Positions 28,892 through 38,877 of a stretch of DNA of 64,000 nucleotides are shown piece after piece. The position numbers and the translations under genes were made by a program. The stretch lies in IMG/VR virus record IMGVR_UViG_3300025141_000020, positions 124,001 to 188,000 of that record. One strand, written 5' to 3'. The notes under the pieces were generated by a model that did not search any database, was not told the origin of the DNA, and was given only the letters and a program-made list of their open reading frames with translations. The stretch's first letter is position 1. Each line of letters starts with the position of its first letter.

Positions 28892-30727
28892 CTAATCCTT
28901 TAATAAGGTGTCTACTTCAGTGTTAATCTTATCTATGTTCTTATTACTTTTATTGATAGCGTCTTTTAAACCCTCTAAATCCATACCTTTTCTTTCCATT
29001 AATAATGGAAGTCCTTTTTCTACATTATATCCCTCTGCAGCTGGTTCAGGTATTTCTACATCTGTTTCTGCTGTGTCTGTTTCACCACCGGTATCATCAC
29101 CCATACCAAAATCCATTCCAGCATCTGAGTCATCACCAACATCTGCACTATCATCTGTAGCCCCTTCTTCACCTTCTTTTTTAGGTATGCCATATAAATT
29201 ATCAATATTACTAAAGATTCCAGTTTTCTGTATTACTTCTGCCGTTTTTTCTAATTCACCAGCTAAAGCTTTTTCAAATCTTTGTTGTTGTAAATCTAAT
29301 TTAATTTCTTCATCACTCATACCTAAGATTTCTTTCTTAGCCCAAGTAGTAGATACAGCCTGTAGGCCATTTCCTGGGTCAGTTACAGCGTCTCTATATA
29401 ACGCGATTCTTTCTTTCCATTGTTCTATTTTTAATAGGTCTGTTTGTGTAGATGGGTTAGATAAAGCTAATTTAAAATTAGTAAGTTCATCCTGAAAGCC
29501 TAAAACATATAAATGTATTATAGCAATTTTATTTAATTCTGCCACAATAGCTTTTTGTATTCTATTAATTGTTCTTGCAAATCTAATGTCTAGTAAAGCT
29601 AAATTTTTACCTTCACCGACAACTTCCTCAAAACCAAGAAAGGCTTTAGGAATTCTTAATGATGCAAGTAACTTTTTTTGGATGTATTCTATATCTGCTA
29701 TTTCACTTAAATTTGTAGCTCCTGGTAAGGTATCTATCGGACTTGCCGCAGCTGGGTCTCTAACCGGTATAAAATAATCTTGGTCTACAGCCATCTGATT
29801 CATTCTTAAGTCCACATTTCCATTCTGTGGGTCTACAACAGCGTCTCTTTTAAATTTATTAGCTACTTTTTGGATGTATGCTTCAACATCTTTATCGTCC
29901 ATGTTACCCACAAATACTTTAAATACTCTTCTTTCAGGAGCTCTTGACGTTCTATACACCAACATTGCGTCTTCCGCTAACAATAACTGTTTCCAAATTC
30001 TTCTTGCTTTTTCCAACATAGAAGTACCATAAGGAAGTCTTCTATCATCACCTAATATCCTGAAATGTGCTATTTCCCATGTATTAAACTCTAACTCTTT
30101 TTCTCTCCACTTAAATTCAACCTTAGGTTCTTTTTCATCTTGTTTTTCTCCATGTAATGTAAAATAGTTAGATTGGTCTCCTCTTTCCATTTCAATATTT
30201 GGTAACTGGTTACATCCTATAATACCTTTTTCTGGGTCAATTTTAAGATACACAAAATTGTCACCATATTTACATGTGTTTCTAACCCACATAGCTAAAT
30301 TAGTATTGACGTCCAATATATTATTAAATAAATCTGCTAATATAGATTTTATTCTTGCTGATTCGGAAAAAATTGTTAATGTGTGACCTTTTTCTGATGG
30401 TGTTGTACATTCCTCAGCATATATATCTAAAGCTGCGGATATTTCTGGTGTAAATTCCATAGATTCATAATCGTAATATGAAGCTAAACGAGTTGGTTCA
30501 TAATATATGGATTTAGTATATAGTTCATTATCTACTTTTTGCCATTGGTTGGCAAGATAGGCGGCTTGTTGAAATTCTAACTTTTTTTCGTCGTAATCTT
30601 GTTTATTTGTAGTTTTAAGAATTTCTTGTGACCCTACTGTAAATTGTTGTATAGAACTCTTTGGTGCTGTTGGTCCTCCTGTCCCAAAAAGCTTACCTAA
30701 TCTTTGATATATTGTGAATTTTGCCAT
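28892..30727 (-). CDS. gp20: Portal protein (gp20-like)
   Basis: RLPYGTSMLEKAR, EDAMLVYRTSRAPERRVF, DYFIPVR, IDTLPG, LRIPKAFL, DIRFARTI. Confidence 0.95.
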   Translation of the reverse strand: MAKFTIYQRLGKLFGTGGPTAPKSSIQQFTVGSQEILKTTNKQDYDEKKLEFQQAAYLANQWQKVDNELYTKSIYYEPTRLASYYDYESMEFTPEISAALDIYAEECTTPSEKGHTLTIFSESARIKSILADLFNNILDVNTNLAMWVRNTCKYGDNFVYLKIDPEKGIIGCNQLPNIEMERGDQSNYFTLHGEKQDEKEPKVEFKWREKELEFNTWEIAHFRILGDDRRLPYGTSMLEKARRIWKQLLLAEDAMLVYRTSRAPERRVFKVFVGNMDDKDVEAYIQKVANKFKRDAVVDPQNGNVDLRMNQMAVDQDYFIPVRDPAAASPIDTLPGATNLSEIADIEYIQKKLLASLRIPKAFLGFEEVVGEGKNLALLDIRFARTINRIQKAIVAELNKIAIIHLYVLGFQDELTNFKLALSNPSTQTDLLKIEQWKERIALYRDAVTDPGNGLQAVSTTWAKKEILGMSDEEIKLDLQQQRFEKALAGELEKTAEVIQKTGIFSNIDNLYGIPKKEGEEGATDDSADVGDDSDAGMDFGMGDDTGGETDTAETDVEIPEPAAEGYNVEKGLPLLMERKGMDLEGLKDAINKSNKNIDKINTEVDTLLKD

Positions 30728-30771
30728 TGCTTGTAATAATATATATTATATTATAAATAGTATACCTTTCC

Positions 30772-32493
30772 CTAACGTCTTTTAGTGAATAGCCAGCTAT
30801 TTTCGATATATTGTTTTTTTATTTCATTATTGCCTGCCCCTGTAACCCCAAATACTGGTTCAGAAGAAGGCATGTCACTATTTTCATGAGAATTTGACGT
30901 CCAACCGTCTAACATTGCTTTGGTTAAATCATTTGCCTTATTTAAATCTGTAAATGAATGTTCTCCAACATATAAGGCCATAGCTAGTGCCATAATCAAA
31001 TCATCGTGTTTTCCTTTCATATGGTTAGGTCTACCGTTTATATAAACGAAGGTATACATCTCATTTAATAACCTTTTAGACCTAACTATAAAGTCATGTC
31101 TTAGCGCTTCTTCAAACGCTGATATTATTTGTACCCTTTTATTATTAAATGCTAACCCTGGGATTTTATTTTGTGTGTTATTATTGTATTTCCATTTATC
31201 CGCGGTATTAATCCCTTCAACATATAAATCCTTATACCCCAATTCTTGTAATTTACGGGAAGTTGCTACTCCCATACCTCCGGTGATATCTGTAACCACG
31301 TACGCGTTATACATACCGCCCCATTTGTATATTATATCTGCTGCAAGGTCTGGTGGTATTTTGCCTAAATATTCTGCTACTTGGTGTCGTGTATCGAAAT
31401 CAATAATAACGATAGATGTAAAATCTTCTGAGTCCCCTCTACTTACATCACACCCCAAAATGTATCTATGACCCTCAATAGGTTTTTCCCATATCCACAT
31501 TTGATTACCAACAAACATATCGTCCGGTTCTCTAATATCTTCATTTTTTATTTTTTCTATTGTTTCTACTGGTACCACATTATCCCCGGAACCTAAAAAC
31601 GCGCTTTCTAACTCTTGTTGTACTTTTCTTCTATCATATTTAAGTTTCTTAACCATACTTTCAAACCAAGAAGAACATGGTTTATACCCATTTCTCCCTA
31701 GTTCTTCAAATTTTGTTTGGTCTAATTCATGGATAAATTCTTTTTCATCATAATCTTCTCTATTTAATAGGAAGTGTACTATGTCCTTTGTTTTTACCCA
31801 GAAAATATCTTTTGTAAATCTAGGGTCATTCTCCCAATGAAGTTCTGATATATGAAAACTGTTTAACCCTTTTACTGATTGTTCGTATATTTCATAATAA
31901 ATTTTATCATATCCGTTTGGTGTAGATATTACTATTACTTTTCCTCCAGTTGATAGTGATGCCATACAAGCTGCCCAAAAATCGTCTCCCGCTTCAATAT
32001 ATGCAGCTTCATCAAATATAAGTGTGGTTGGTGTGTACCCTCTTAAAGCATCTACTGATGTAGCCACAGCTTTAACTTCACACCCATTATTTAATTTAAA
32101 GTGTTTTTGGGAATCCTTGTCTTTTGAAAATCCTACATTAACCCAGTCAGGCCATTGATTCAAAAAACCTCTGACTTTATTTGCAAACTCAGATGCTGTA
32201 TCTAATTTATTTGCTATAATTAATATTTTTTCTGGTCTTGTTTTGGGGGCAAATTGTAGATTTTTAGATACCCAAGCGGCAGTAGCGGTGGATACTCCCG
32301 CTTGACGATACTTTTTTGTTATGTTGTCATTATATTTATCGAAATTGTTTAACATCATTTCCTGTTCGGGAAATAATATAAACGGCACGTATTTAGATTT
32401 GGTATTGTCATACGTTTCTAAATAAGTCTTTATAGCGTATGATGTGTCATTATAACATTGTGCGTATTCTTGTATTAATTCTTGTTGGGTCAT
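30772..32493 (-). CDS. gp17: Terminase large subunit (gp17-like)
   Basis: KKYRQAGVST, LIFDEAAYI, ISTPNG, QQELES, GCDVSRG, HDDLIMA; no intein seen. Confidence 0.95.
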   Translation of the reverse strand: MTQQELIQEYAQCYNDTSYAIKTYLETYDNTKSKYVPFILFPEQEMMLNNFDKYNDNITKKYRQAGVSTATAAWVSKNLQFAPKTRPEKILIIANKLDTASEFANKVRGFLNQWPDWVNVGFSKDKDSQKHFKLNNGCEVKAVATSVDALRGYTPTTLIFDEAAYIEAGDDFWAACMASLSTGGKVIVISTPNGYDKIYYEIYEQSVKGLNSFHISELHWENDPRFTKDIFWVKTKDIVHFLLNREDYDEKEFIHELDQTKFEELGRNGYKPCSSWFESMVKKLKYDRRKVQQELESAFLGSGDNVVPVETIEKIKNEDIREPDDMFVGNQMWIWEKPIEGHRYILGCDVSRGDSEDFTSIVIIDFDTRHQVAEYLGKIPPDLAADIIYKWGGMYNAYVVTDITGGMGVATSRKLQELGYKDLYVEGINTADKWKYNNNTQNKIPGLAFNNKRVQIISAFEEALRHDFIVRSKRLLNEMYTFVYINGRPNHMKGKHDDLIMALAMALYVGEHSFTDLNKANDLTKAMLDGWTSNSHENSDMPSSEPVFGVTGAGNNEIKKQYIENSWLFTKRR

Positions 32494-32525
32494 ATATTAT
32501 AAATATAATCGTTAGGTAATAATAG

Positions 32526-32547
32526 AAAAGGTCCGTAAGGACCTTTT
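32526..32547. terminator. Rho-independent terminator
   Basis: AAAAGGTCC-GTAA-GGACCTTTT. Confidence 0.8.
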
Positions 32548-32571
32548 AAATATAATTGTGTTAATTAGAAA

Positions 32572-33888
32572 TTATAAATTATATAAAAAGTCTTTCTCTT
32601 CTTGTGTTAAAGACTCCATTCCAGTTTTATTTATTTTGTCTAAAATAGTGTCCATGTCTAAAAATACCTCTTCACTATCAGGTATGTCTATTTGTGGTTC
32701 TATAACTTCTCCTGTGGCATCCTCATAATCCTCATCTTTTAATTGTTTTTTAATATCACCAACAATTTTTGCTACCATTTCTTTACCTCTTTGTGACCCC
32801 GATAAAATTTCTTTGGCTAAACCGATAAATGGTTCTGGTTCTAAAGAAACAATATTATAATATAAATAATTTTTTATTCTACCATAATCTTCACTATTTA
32901 ATAAATCCTCAGGATAGGACTCTAAGAATTTTTCCCAAATAATCGGCCCTAATCTTAAATCCCATACCTCAGCTGGTAATGTATCTTCTGTACCAATTAC
33001 TTCTTCCGCGAATTCTGGGTCTGAAGGTAGTCCATGCATTGAAACGTACTCCATAACACCTTTCCATAATTCATGTACTAGAATAGGAAACATTATTCCT
33101 TTTGCTTTAATTGTTGGTGGGTCGGTCTCTAAATCTACCTCTTCTCGTCCCGCTGCTAATGAGTCACCACCACCAGCACCTAACATACCTTCCATATCAG
33201 GCATAATCCAATACATTAAATCATTTACTGCCATAATTAAAGAATATAGATTTACTAAGTCTGGGTTAATTTCATTCAGTGTTTCATTTACTAAATGATA
33301 CATATAGTGAGCTTTTTTTGATGAGCCTTGTATTAAAGAATTAATTAATCGTCTTTTTTGTTTTTCTAAATCTAATTTTGCTAATCTTTCAGCCGCTTCT
33401 TTATCTTCGGTATCTGGTTGTTTAAACTCTAGTTCTTTTTTCTTTTTTTCTTTAGGTTTTTTCTGCATTCCCTCTAAAGTGGGTTTTTCTAACTTTGCAT
33501 CAAATTGTAAATCACCTTCTGGTATTGACATTTGGTCAACTACTAATGAAACCGCTAAATCCTCTAGTTTTTGTTTATTTTGGGACTCTATTTCCATTGT
33601 CCTTTGTACCGCACTCATTAACATTGGTTGTAATGACATTGCTGATTGTGGGTTTATCTCTTCTAACCCAGTAGCATCTTTAACTTTATTAATAACATCC
33701 TGAAATCTTTTTGAAGCTATAATTTCCTCAAAATTATTCTCATCTCCTTCTTCCCCAGGAAATGCTTGGTGACCGCCTAGCGGGTGTTCTCTAGACCTTA
33801 ATTTTCTTTCAATGTCCGGCGACATTCTCTCTGGCCTATCATTATAGTCTATAGGGGGTGCTTCGGTTAATTTTATCTTCTTAGACAT
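32572..33888 (-). CDS. Hypothetical head-module protein
   Basis: 438-aa ORF; leader MSKKIKLTE; contains HELWKG. Confidence 0.6.
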   Translation of the reverse strand: MSKKIKLTEAPPIDYNDRPERMSPDIERKLRSREHPLGGHQAFPGEEGDENNFEEIIASKRFQDVINKVKDATGLEEINPQSAMSLQPMLMSAVQRTMEIESQNKQKLEDLAVSLVVDQMSIPEGDLQFDAKLEKPTLEGMQKKPKEKKKKELEFKQPDTEDKEAAERLAKLDLEKQKRRLINSLIQGSSKKAHYMYHLVNETLNEINPDLVNLYSLIMAVNDLMYWIMPDMEGMLGAGGGDSLAAGREEVDLETDPPTIKAKGIMFPILVHELWKGVMEYVSMHGLPSDPEFAEEVIGTEDTLPAEVWDLRLGPIIWEKFLESYPEDLLNSEDYGRIKNYLYYNIVSLEPEPFIGLAKEILSGSQRGKEMVAKIVGDIKKQLKDEDYEDATGEVIEPQIDIPDSEEVFLDMDTILDKINKTGMESLTQEEKDFLYNL

Positions 33889-33891
33889 ATT

Positions 33892-34842
33892 CTAATCCTC
33901 TGTTAAGTTGTCAAATTTTAGCCAATCAGGTAATTCATTGTCCCGTGCTTTAGGTTTTGGGTTTGTGTTTGGATTGGGCACTTTAAATGGCCCTCTTCTT
34001 TTTTTTTCTCCTGGTTTGGTGGTTGGTGGTGCTATAGTCGGCGTTGGGGTTTCTAATGGAGATTGTTCATCCAATTCTTCTTCACCAACAACAACGCCAT
34101 CTAAGTATACTTCACCAGATTCTTTAATAAGTAGTTCTATTACTTTTTTTTTAGATTTTAAATACCCTTTAATATTGCCTTTAATATTTTCAACAACAAC
34201 TTTCATTGGTGGGTCCATTTCTTTAGCAGACTCATTAATCATTTTAAATGAGTTTTTCTGTTTATCTATTTTTTTACCCTTCCTATTTTGTTGTGCTTCT
34301 TTTACTGTTTTAACAAACTTTGATTTTGTTATCTCAGCTGGTTGATTCTCCTCGACTAAGGACATAATCCAATTTTCTAATATTTCTTCTTCATTAACTC
34401 TTTCAGGTAAATCTTCGTAATCTTTTTTAGTCATTTTAGACGCTAATTTTTCAGCAGCTGCTGGATTAACAGCGTAAAGATATCCTTGTTGTGCTTTAGA
34501 AGCGAAATCTTCACTAATCTCAGTATCGTCACCAGAATTTAATAATGTTTTTTCTTCACCATCAGGATACTCAAATTTTGTTACAGGGTCTCCATCTTTG
34601 TCAACCTCTATTTCATCTGCTTTTTCCTCTTCAGGTATTTCTAATTTTAATGCGTCTAACTCTTCTTGTTTTGCACTGATTAAATCTTCATAAGCTTGTT
34701 TAGTTTTTTCTGTAGTATCTTGTTCAAATAATATTTTTTTACCTAATACGTTTAATTGTTTGTCTGAAAACAAAGATAGGGTCCTATGTGTGAACCCTTC
34801 ATTTATTAACTTTGTTATTAATTTTTTTCTATTTTTTGGCAT
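33892..34842 (-). CDS. Acidic hypothetical head-module protein
   Basis: Likely start MPKNRKK at 34842; many [IL]xE sites (LINE, LFE, ISE, VNE, INE, LDE); Pro-rich tail. Confidence 0.6.
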   Translation of the reverse strand: MPKNRKKLITKLINEGFTHRTLSLFSDKQLNVLGKKILFEQDTTEKTKQAYEDLISAKQEELDALKLEIPEEEKADEIEVDKDGDPVTKFEYPDGEEKTLLNSGDDTEISEDFASKAQQGYLYAVNPAAAEKLASKMTKKDYEDLPERVNEEEILENWIMSLVEENQPAEITKSKFVKTVKEAQQNRKGKKIDKQKNSFKMINESAKEMDPPMKVVVENIKGNIKGYLKSKKKVIELLIKESGEVYLDGVVVGEEELDEQSPLETPTPTIAPPTTKPGEKKRRGPFKVPNPNTNPKPKARDNELPDWLKFDNLTED

Positions 34843-35239
34843 TTTCAAAAAGTTTATCAAATTTTAATATTATATCTCTAGAATATAATTTATCTTTAAC
34901 ATTCTCTAGCTCGTCACCGTAGTGGAAGACTAGTCTTTCTTCGTTATCGTTTTCATACTCACCATCATAACTTTCCCAACCTAAAGCTACAACATTGTCT
35001 AAAGCATGTTCCATTCCAAAGTAGTCAGAGTTCTGAACTAAATCTAATTTTAGACTTGTTCCTTCTAAAATCCCAACTTTTTTTATATACACCATTTCTG
35101 GTGGTCCTGGTTTTCCGTGTGCTGGACTAGAATCCCAATCTTCACCCCATAATTCATCTGAGTTTTGGCCAAATATAAATTCGTAAATATTTTCTTGTTT
35201 ATAATTAGGGCCTAATTCATTAATGAATATAAGTTTCAT
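34829..35239 (-). CDS. Hypothetical acidic protein
   Basis: Full ORF translationally coupled to its neighbours. Confidence 0.65.
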   Translation of the reverse strand: MKLIFINELGPNYKQENIYEFIFGQNSDELWGEDWDSSPAHGKPGPPEMVYIKKVGILEGTSLKLDLVQNSDYFGMEHALDNVVALGWESYDGEYENDNEERLVFHYGDELENVKDKLYSRDIILKFDKLFENAKK

Positions 35240-36930
35240 TACTTTATACTACCTTCTCTCGTAATAAATATATTTTTGTTATCTGACAATATAGCTATAT
35301 CACCCCTTTTAGTTACCCCTTTAAGTTTAGAATATTTATTTTCGTTTAAATATTTTTTAACACCTAACTCTTGTTCAACAGTTTTAGATAACTTTTTTAT
35401 AGTTTCGTTAGTTTGGTTTTTTCCAATTTTTTCTTTTATGTACTGTTGTGGTGTTTGTTTTGTAACATAAGATTCTAATAGCTTTGATACTCTATTTTTT
35501 AAGGATTTCATCGCTACACCTTCTTTTACAGCTGCTTTTCCTCCGTCTTTTGCTTTATATGTCTTTATAATATGTTTAAGAGCTTTTAAGATAACCCCAC
35601 CTGGGAACACTAACGCAGCTGCTTCAATCATTTTAATTTGTGCGGCAGTGAATTTTTGTATTGCTTTTTCATCTTTAGCTTTTTTTATTAGTTTAGCTAA
35701 CTCTGGTTTTACAAATGGTAACATTGGTAGTACTGGGGCCAGCAGAAATTGTTCTTTAAGAGGTAGTTTTGTACCTTTCGTAAGAGTTTTCCCTACGAAT
35801 CTGAGTGCTTTTTTACCTTTTTTAGATTTTAATGAGTCAACTGCTTTTAATATTGCTGTAATCCCGACAAATATAGGTCCTGATGGAAATGCGGCTAGAC
35901 CTGCCGTTAGTAGGGCTATCTCTGTCTTAGTTAGTGTGGATGCATCTTTCTCACCTTTAGCAATTGCGTCTTTGAGTTTCTTACTAATAAATTCTAACAT
36001 CTTCTTAGCCATCTTATGTTGTTCTGACATAATATTTTTACGTCTTCTCCTTGATTCTGGTAACATTACGTCCATATCAAATTCTTCACCTTCACCTTCA
36101 TCCTCAAGACCTTCCATGTCTTCAGTATCATCTATTGCTAACTCATCGTCATCTATAGCTAATTCTTCATCACCTAGTTCTTCATCACCGTATGCAGTTT
36201 CGTCTTCTTCGAATCTTGATAATATATCTTCTCTGTCTTCGTCATCTAACACATCTAAATCTACAGCGGATATAACTGAATTTATAACATACTTTATATC
36301 TGCACTTCCTATCTCTTCTCCAGCGTCTCTAAGTTTTTGACCTAATTTACCGGTAAGTTTTTGAATTGGTTTCATAAACCCTTCCATTTCTTCTTCCTCC
36401 TCACCTTCTTCATCATCCATCGCTAACTCTTCATCATCCATCGCTAACTCTTCATCATCCATCGCTAACTCTTCATCATCACCTAAATCAAAATCCTCTT
36501 CACCACCAATTTCGTCAGTTGTAACATCTACTTCAGCTTCAGGTGTTTTTAAAACAAATTTGTTTTCTTCACTAGCTTGTTCAAATATTGGGTCTGATTC
36601 ACCATTATTAAATTCTTCATTTATTGGTTTAAAAATTAAATTCATTCTTTTTAATGCTGAACTATAACTTCTAAATCTATTTCTTTTTTTGTTGTGTAGT
36701 CCATCAAGATAATCTAACTCCGATTCATTAATCCCTCTTTTTAGGTAGTATCCATCTTTTTCTTGAATAATAGCGTACGTGTTTCCATCACTAGCTTTTT
36801 TACTAAACGATAACGTTTTAGTGTGGTAAGAATCATTTTTCTTTGTCTCACCATAGGTCGCGATTTCCATAATTCTCTTAATCTTATCTTGACCTGTTAA
36901 TTTTTCACTTCCGATTGGTTTTAATCCCAT
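35239..36930 (-). CDS. Acidic putative capsid-internal/core polyprotein
   Basis: Leader KIKRIMEIATYGE; DDEELAM repeats; two hydrophobic FP-x-G modules. Confidence 0.55.
   Translation of the reverse strand: MGLKPIGSEKLTGQDKIKRIMEIATYGETKKNDSYHTKTLSFSKKASDGNTYAIIQEKDGYYLKRGINESELDYLDGLHNKKRNRFRSYSSALKRMNLIFKPINEEFNNGESDPIFEQASEENKFVLKTPEAEVDVTTDEIGGEEDFDLGDDEELAMDDEELAMDDEELAMDDEEGEEEEEMEGFMKPIQKLTGKLGQKLRDAGEEIGSADIKYVINSVISAVDLDVLDDEDREDILSRFEEDETAYGDEELGDEELAIDDDELAIDDTEDMEGLEDEGEGEEFDMDVMLPESRRRRKNIMSEQHKMAKKMLEFISKKLKDAIAKGEKDASTLTKTEIALLTAGLAAFPSGPIFVGITAILKAVDSLKSKKGKKALRFVGKTLTKGTKLPLKEQFLLAPVLPMLPFVKPELAKLIKKAKDEKAIQKFTAAQIKMIEAAALVFPGGVILKALKHIIKTYKAKDGGKAAVKEGVAMKSLKNRVSKLLESYVTKQTPQQYIKEKIGKNQTNETIKKLSKTVEQELGVKKYLNENKYSKLKGVTKRGDIAILSDNKNIFITREGSIK
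36408..36480. repeat. 21-bp tandem repeat x3.5 (encodes DDEELAM)
   Basis: CTTCATCATCCATCGCTAACT at 36408, 36429, 36450 plus a partial copy. Confidence 0.95.
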
Positions 36931-36960
36931 TTTAATTTCTTTTTTTTATAAATTATTATT

Positions 36961-37320
36961 TTAACTATTTAATCCTTCACCTCCTATTATTGTTGGGGCG
37001 TACATTTGTGCCCCAGAATATGTTACTGATGATGGTGCTGTCGTACCTGACATTGTTGAATCACATGAGCAGTCGTAACAAAGAAATATTGCTTCTGCAT
37101 GTGCCGTATCTAGTAGACGTGGTTCAATTATTAAATCTAATTTCGTCCCTATTGTTGCCATAGGTATCACAACACCTTTATACGTAAATGTAGCGGCTGC
37201 ACCAATTGATAACACTGAAGTACACATATAATTTGCGTATGTTGTTGCTTTTCCAGTATTTAATGTACCTCCAGCAATAGGTGTTGTTGGTATTGAACTT
37301 CCTCCATAGTTTCCTGCCAT
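36961..37320 (-). CDS. Small late structural protein candidate
   Basis: Late motif at 37339; Gly/Thr/Ala-rich; CYDCSC. Confidence 0.55.
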   Translation of the reverse strand: MAGNYGGSSIPTTPIAGGTLNTGKATTYANYMCTSVLSIGAAATFTYKGVVIPMATIGTKLDLIIEPRLLDTAHAEAIFLCYDCSCDSTMSGTTAPSSVTYSGAQMYAPTIIGGEGLNS

Positions 37321-37349
37321 AACTAAATATTCTTTTGTTATAAATAGTC

Positions 37350-38096
37350 CTAACTATCAGAAACGGAAGTTTCTAATGTAAGACTTTTATCTATTAATTT
37401 ATTTTTTAAATCGTTTAATTTGCCTAAATAACCATTTCTTCTTAAAAATTTAAAACTTAGGTTCTCATAAGAGTATTCTCCTTTATCTTTAAGACCTGTA
37501 CCTCTATATTTTTTTAGCTTCTTTTTTACTTCGTTAATAGCGGACATTAGAGATTCCTCATCCATCCTTTCTATATTGTCTTCAATGTTATCAATAGCTT
37601 CAATCCATTGTTTAGATTTACTTAAAATTTTATGAGAATCTAATACAACATTTTCTAACTCAGGCTCTACAATCCATTCGTCAAACATAACTGAATACAC
37701 ACCACTAGCAAAATGTGGTTCATCCATATCTTGTACATAAATTTCTACTTCAAATCCCTTAACTTCTATGTCTCGTAAAGAATTCCAAATAATTCTACGA
37801 CTATCTAAATATTTTTTTAGTAAGGAATCCTTGTCACCACCAAAATCCAATAATAAATGTAAATCAACATCTGAGAAGTTAGACCAATTAAAGTTAGATA
37901 ATGAACCTGTGAGAGTTATGTTTTCAATATCCATATCCACATCAACAAAATTACTAAAATCTTCTACTATTGCCAATAAAGAATCCCTAATTTCTGGTTT
38001 CATCTTATAACTTCCGTCATCTAAAAACCAAATATCAGGGTTTAATTCATCATGCACTTGAAAGCTGTTCAGGATATTTTTTGAGTTGTTTGCCAT
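37350..38096 (-). CDS. Pol-beta-superfamily nucleotidyltransferase
   Basis: TLTGSLSNFNWSNFSDVDLHL (GS...DxD) and third carboxylate in VEIYVQD. Confidence 0.75.
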   Translation of the reverse strand: MANNSKNILNSFQVHDELNPDIWFLDDGSYKMKPEIRDSLLAIVEDFSNFVDVDMDIENITLTGSLSNFNWSNFSDVDLHLLLDFGGDKDSLLKKYLDSRRIIWNSLRDIEVKGFEVEIYVQDMDEPHFASGVYSVMFDEWIVEPELENVVLDSHKILSKSKQWIEAIDNIEDNIERMDEESLMSAINEVKKKLKKYRGTGLKDKGEYSYENLSFKFLRRNGYLGKLNDLKNKLIDKSLTLETSVSDS

Positions 38097-38121
38097 ATTA
38101 ATAAATATATGGACTTTATTA

Positions 38122-38367
38122 CTATACCAATTTTTTATATTTGTAAGTTCTAGATATATTTTTAGAAAAATATTTACCTTGGCTTTCAGCCATTCTCATT
38201 TTAGTAAAAATAGCTATGGGCACTTTTTCATAAATGTATGACCCTCCTTTTGCAAACTCCACAATCAATTCATTTGTTTCTGTATTATATTTAGTTTTAC
38301 CTAAATTTGTAGAATTATATTCATTTATTATAAATTTGCCTTCTATTTTTTCTGATTTTATTGCCAT
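38122..38367 (-). CDS. KTSC-domain protein
   Basis: STNL...YNTETNELIVEF...YIYEKVP....MAESQGKYF. Confidence 0.85.
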   Translation of the reverse strand: MAIKSEKIEGKFIINEYNSTNLGKTKYNTETNELIVEFAKGGSYIYEKVPIAIFTKMRMAESQGKYFSKNISRTYKYKKLV

Positions 38368-38804
38368 TATTGTTGTGTTGCTTGTTGTGGTATTGGGTGT
38401 GGTGGTGGTGTTACATTAGGTGTTGCTGATGCATTTACCTGTTGTTGTAAAGTTTGTAATGTTTGGTTTGTTTGATTTAGTAATAATGTTATATTCTTAA
38501 CAGCATTATTTACTTGGTCTATCCTTTCTTCAAACCCTAGTCGTTTCATTGGGTGTTCAGCGAAATGTTTAACTCTAGCAATTAGTTCCTCTGCGGTTCT
38601 AAAGTCTCTATTTGGCATCCATATTTCTTCTTGGTAAACAATTGTTGGTGTCATACCTAACCCAGTAATTCTAATTATTTCGTTCCAATCACCTATATGT
38701 TCAGAAGTAATTATTTCTTCATATTCTATTTCTGCTTTTGTTAACTCAGTTTTTATTTTATTACAGTAATGACATGTCGGGTTTGTATATATTTTCATTT
38801 TCAT
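38367..38804 (-). CDS. Glutaredoxin-like protein with coiled-coil/Gln-Pro tail
   Basis: IYTNPTCHYC (CxxC) and TPTI cis-Pro motif. Confidence 0.8.
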   Translation of the reverse strand: MKMKIYTNPTCHYCNKIKTELTKAEIEYEEIITSEHIGDWNEIIRITGLGMTPTIVYQEEIWMPNRDFRTAEELIARVKHFAEHPMKRLGFEERIDQVNNAVKNITLLLNQTNQTLQTLQQQVNASATPNVTPPPHPIPQQATQQ

Positions 38805-38877
38805 AATCTTTTTTTTTTAATATTACTAATTTATAAAGTGAATGGGAAGGTATTCCCTCCCCAAACACATATTATTT

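Noticed and set aside
23401-32493. Inteins or introns in terminase, portal, protease or MCP
   Set aside because: ORFs are continuous with no C/S...HN-C/S/T splice signature or homing-endonuclease insert seen. The MCP insertion lacks intein hallmarks.
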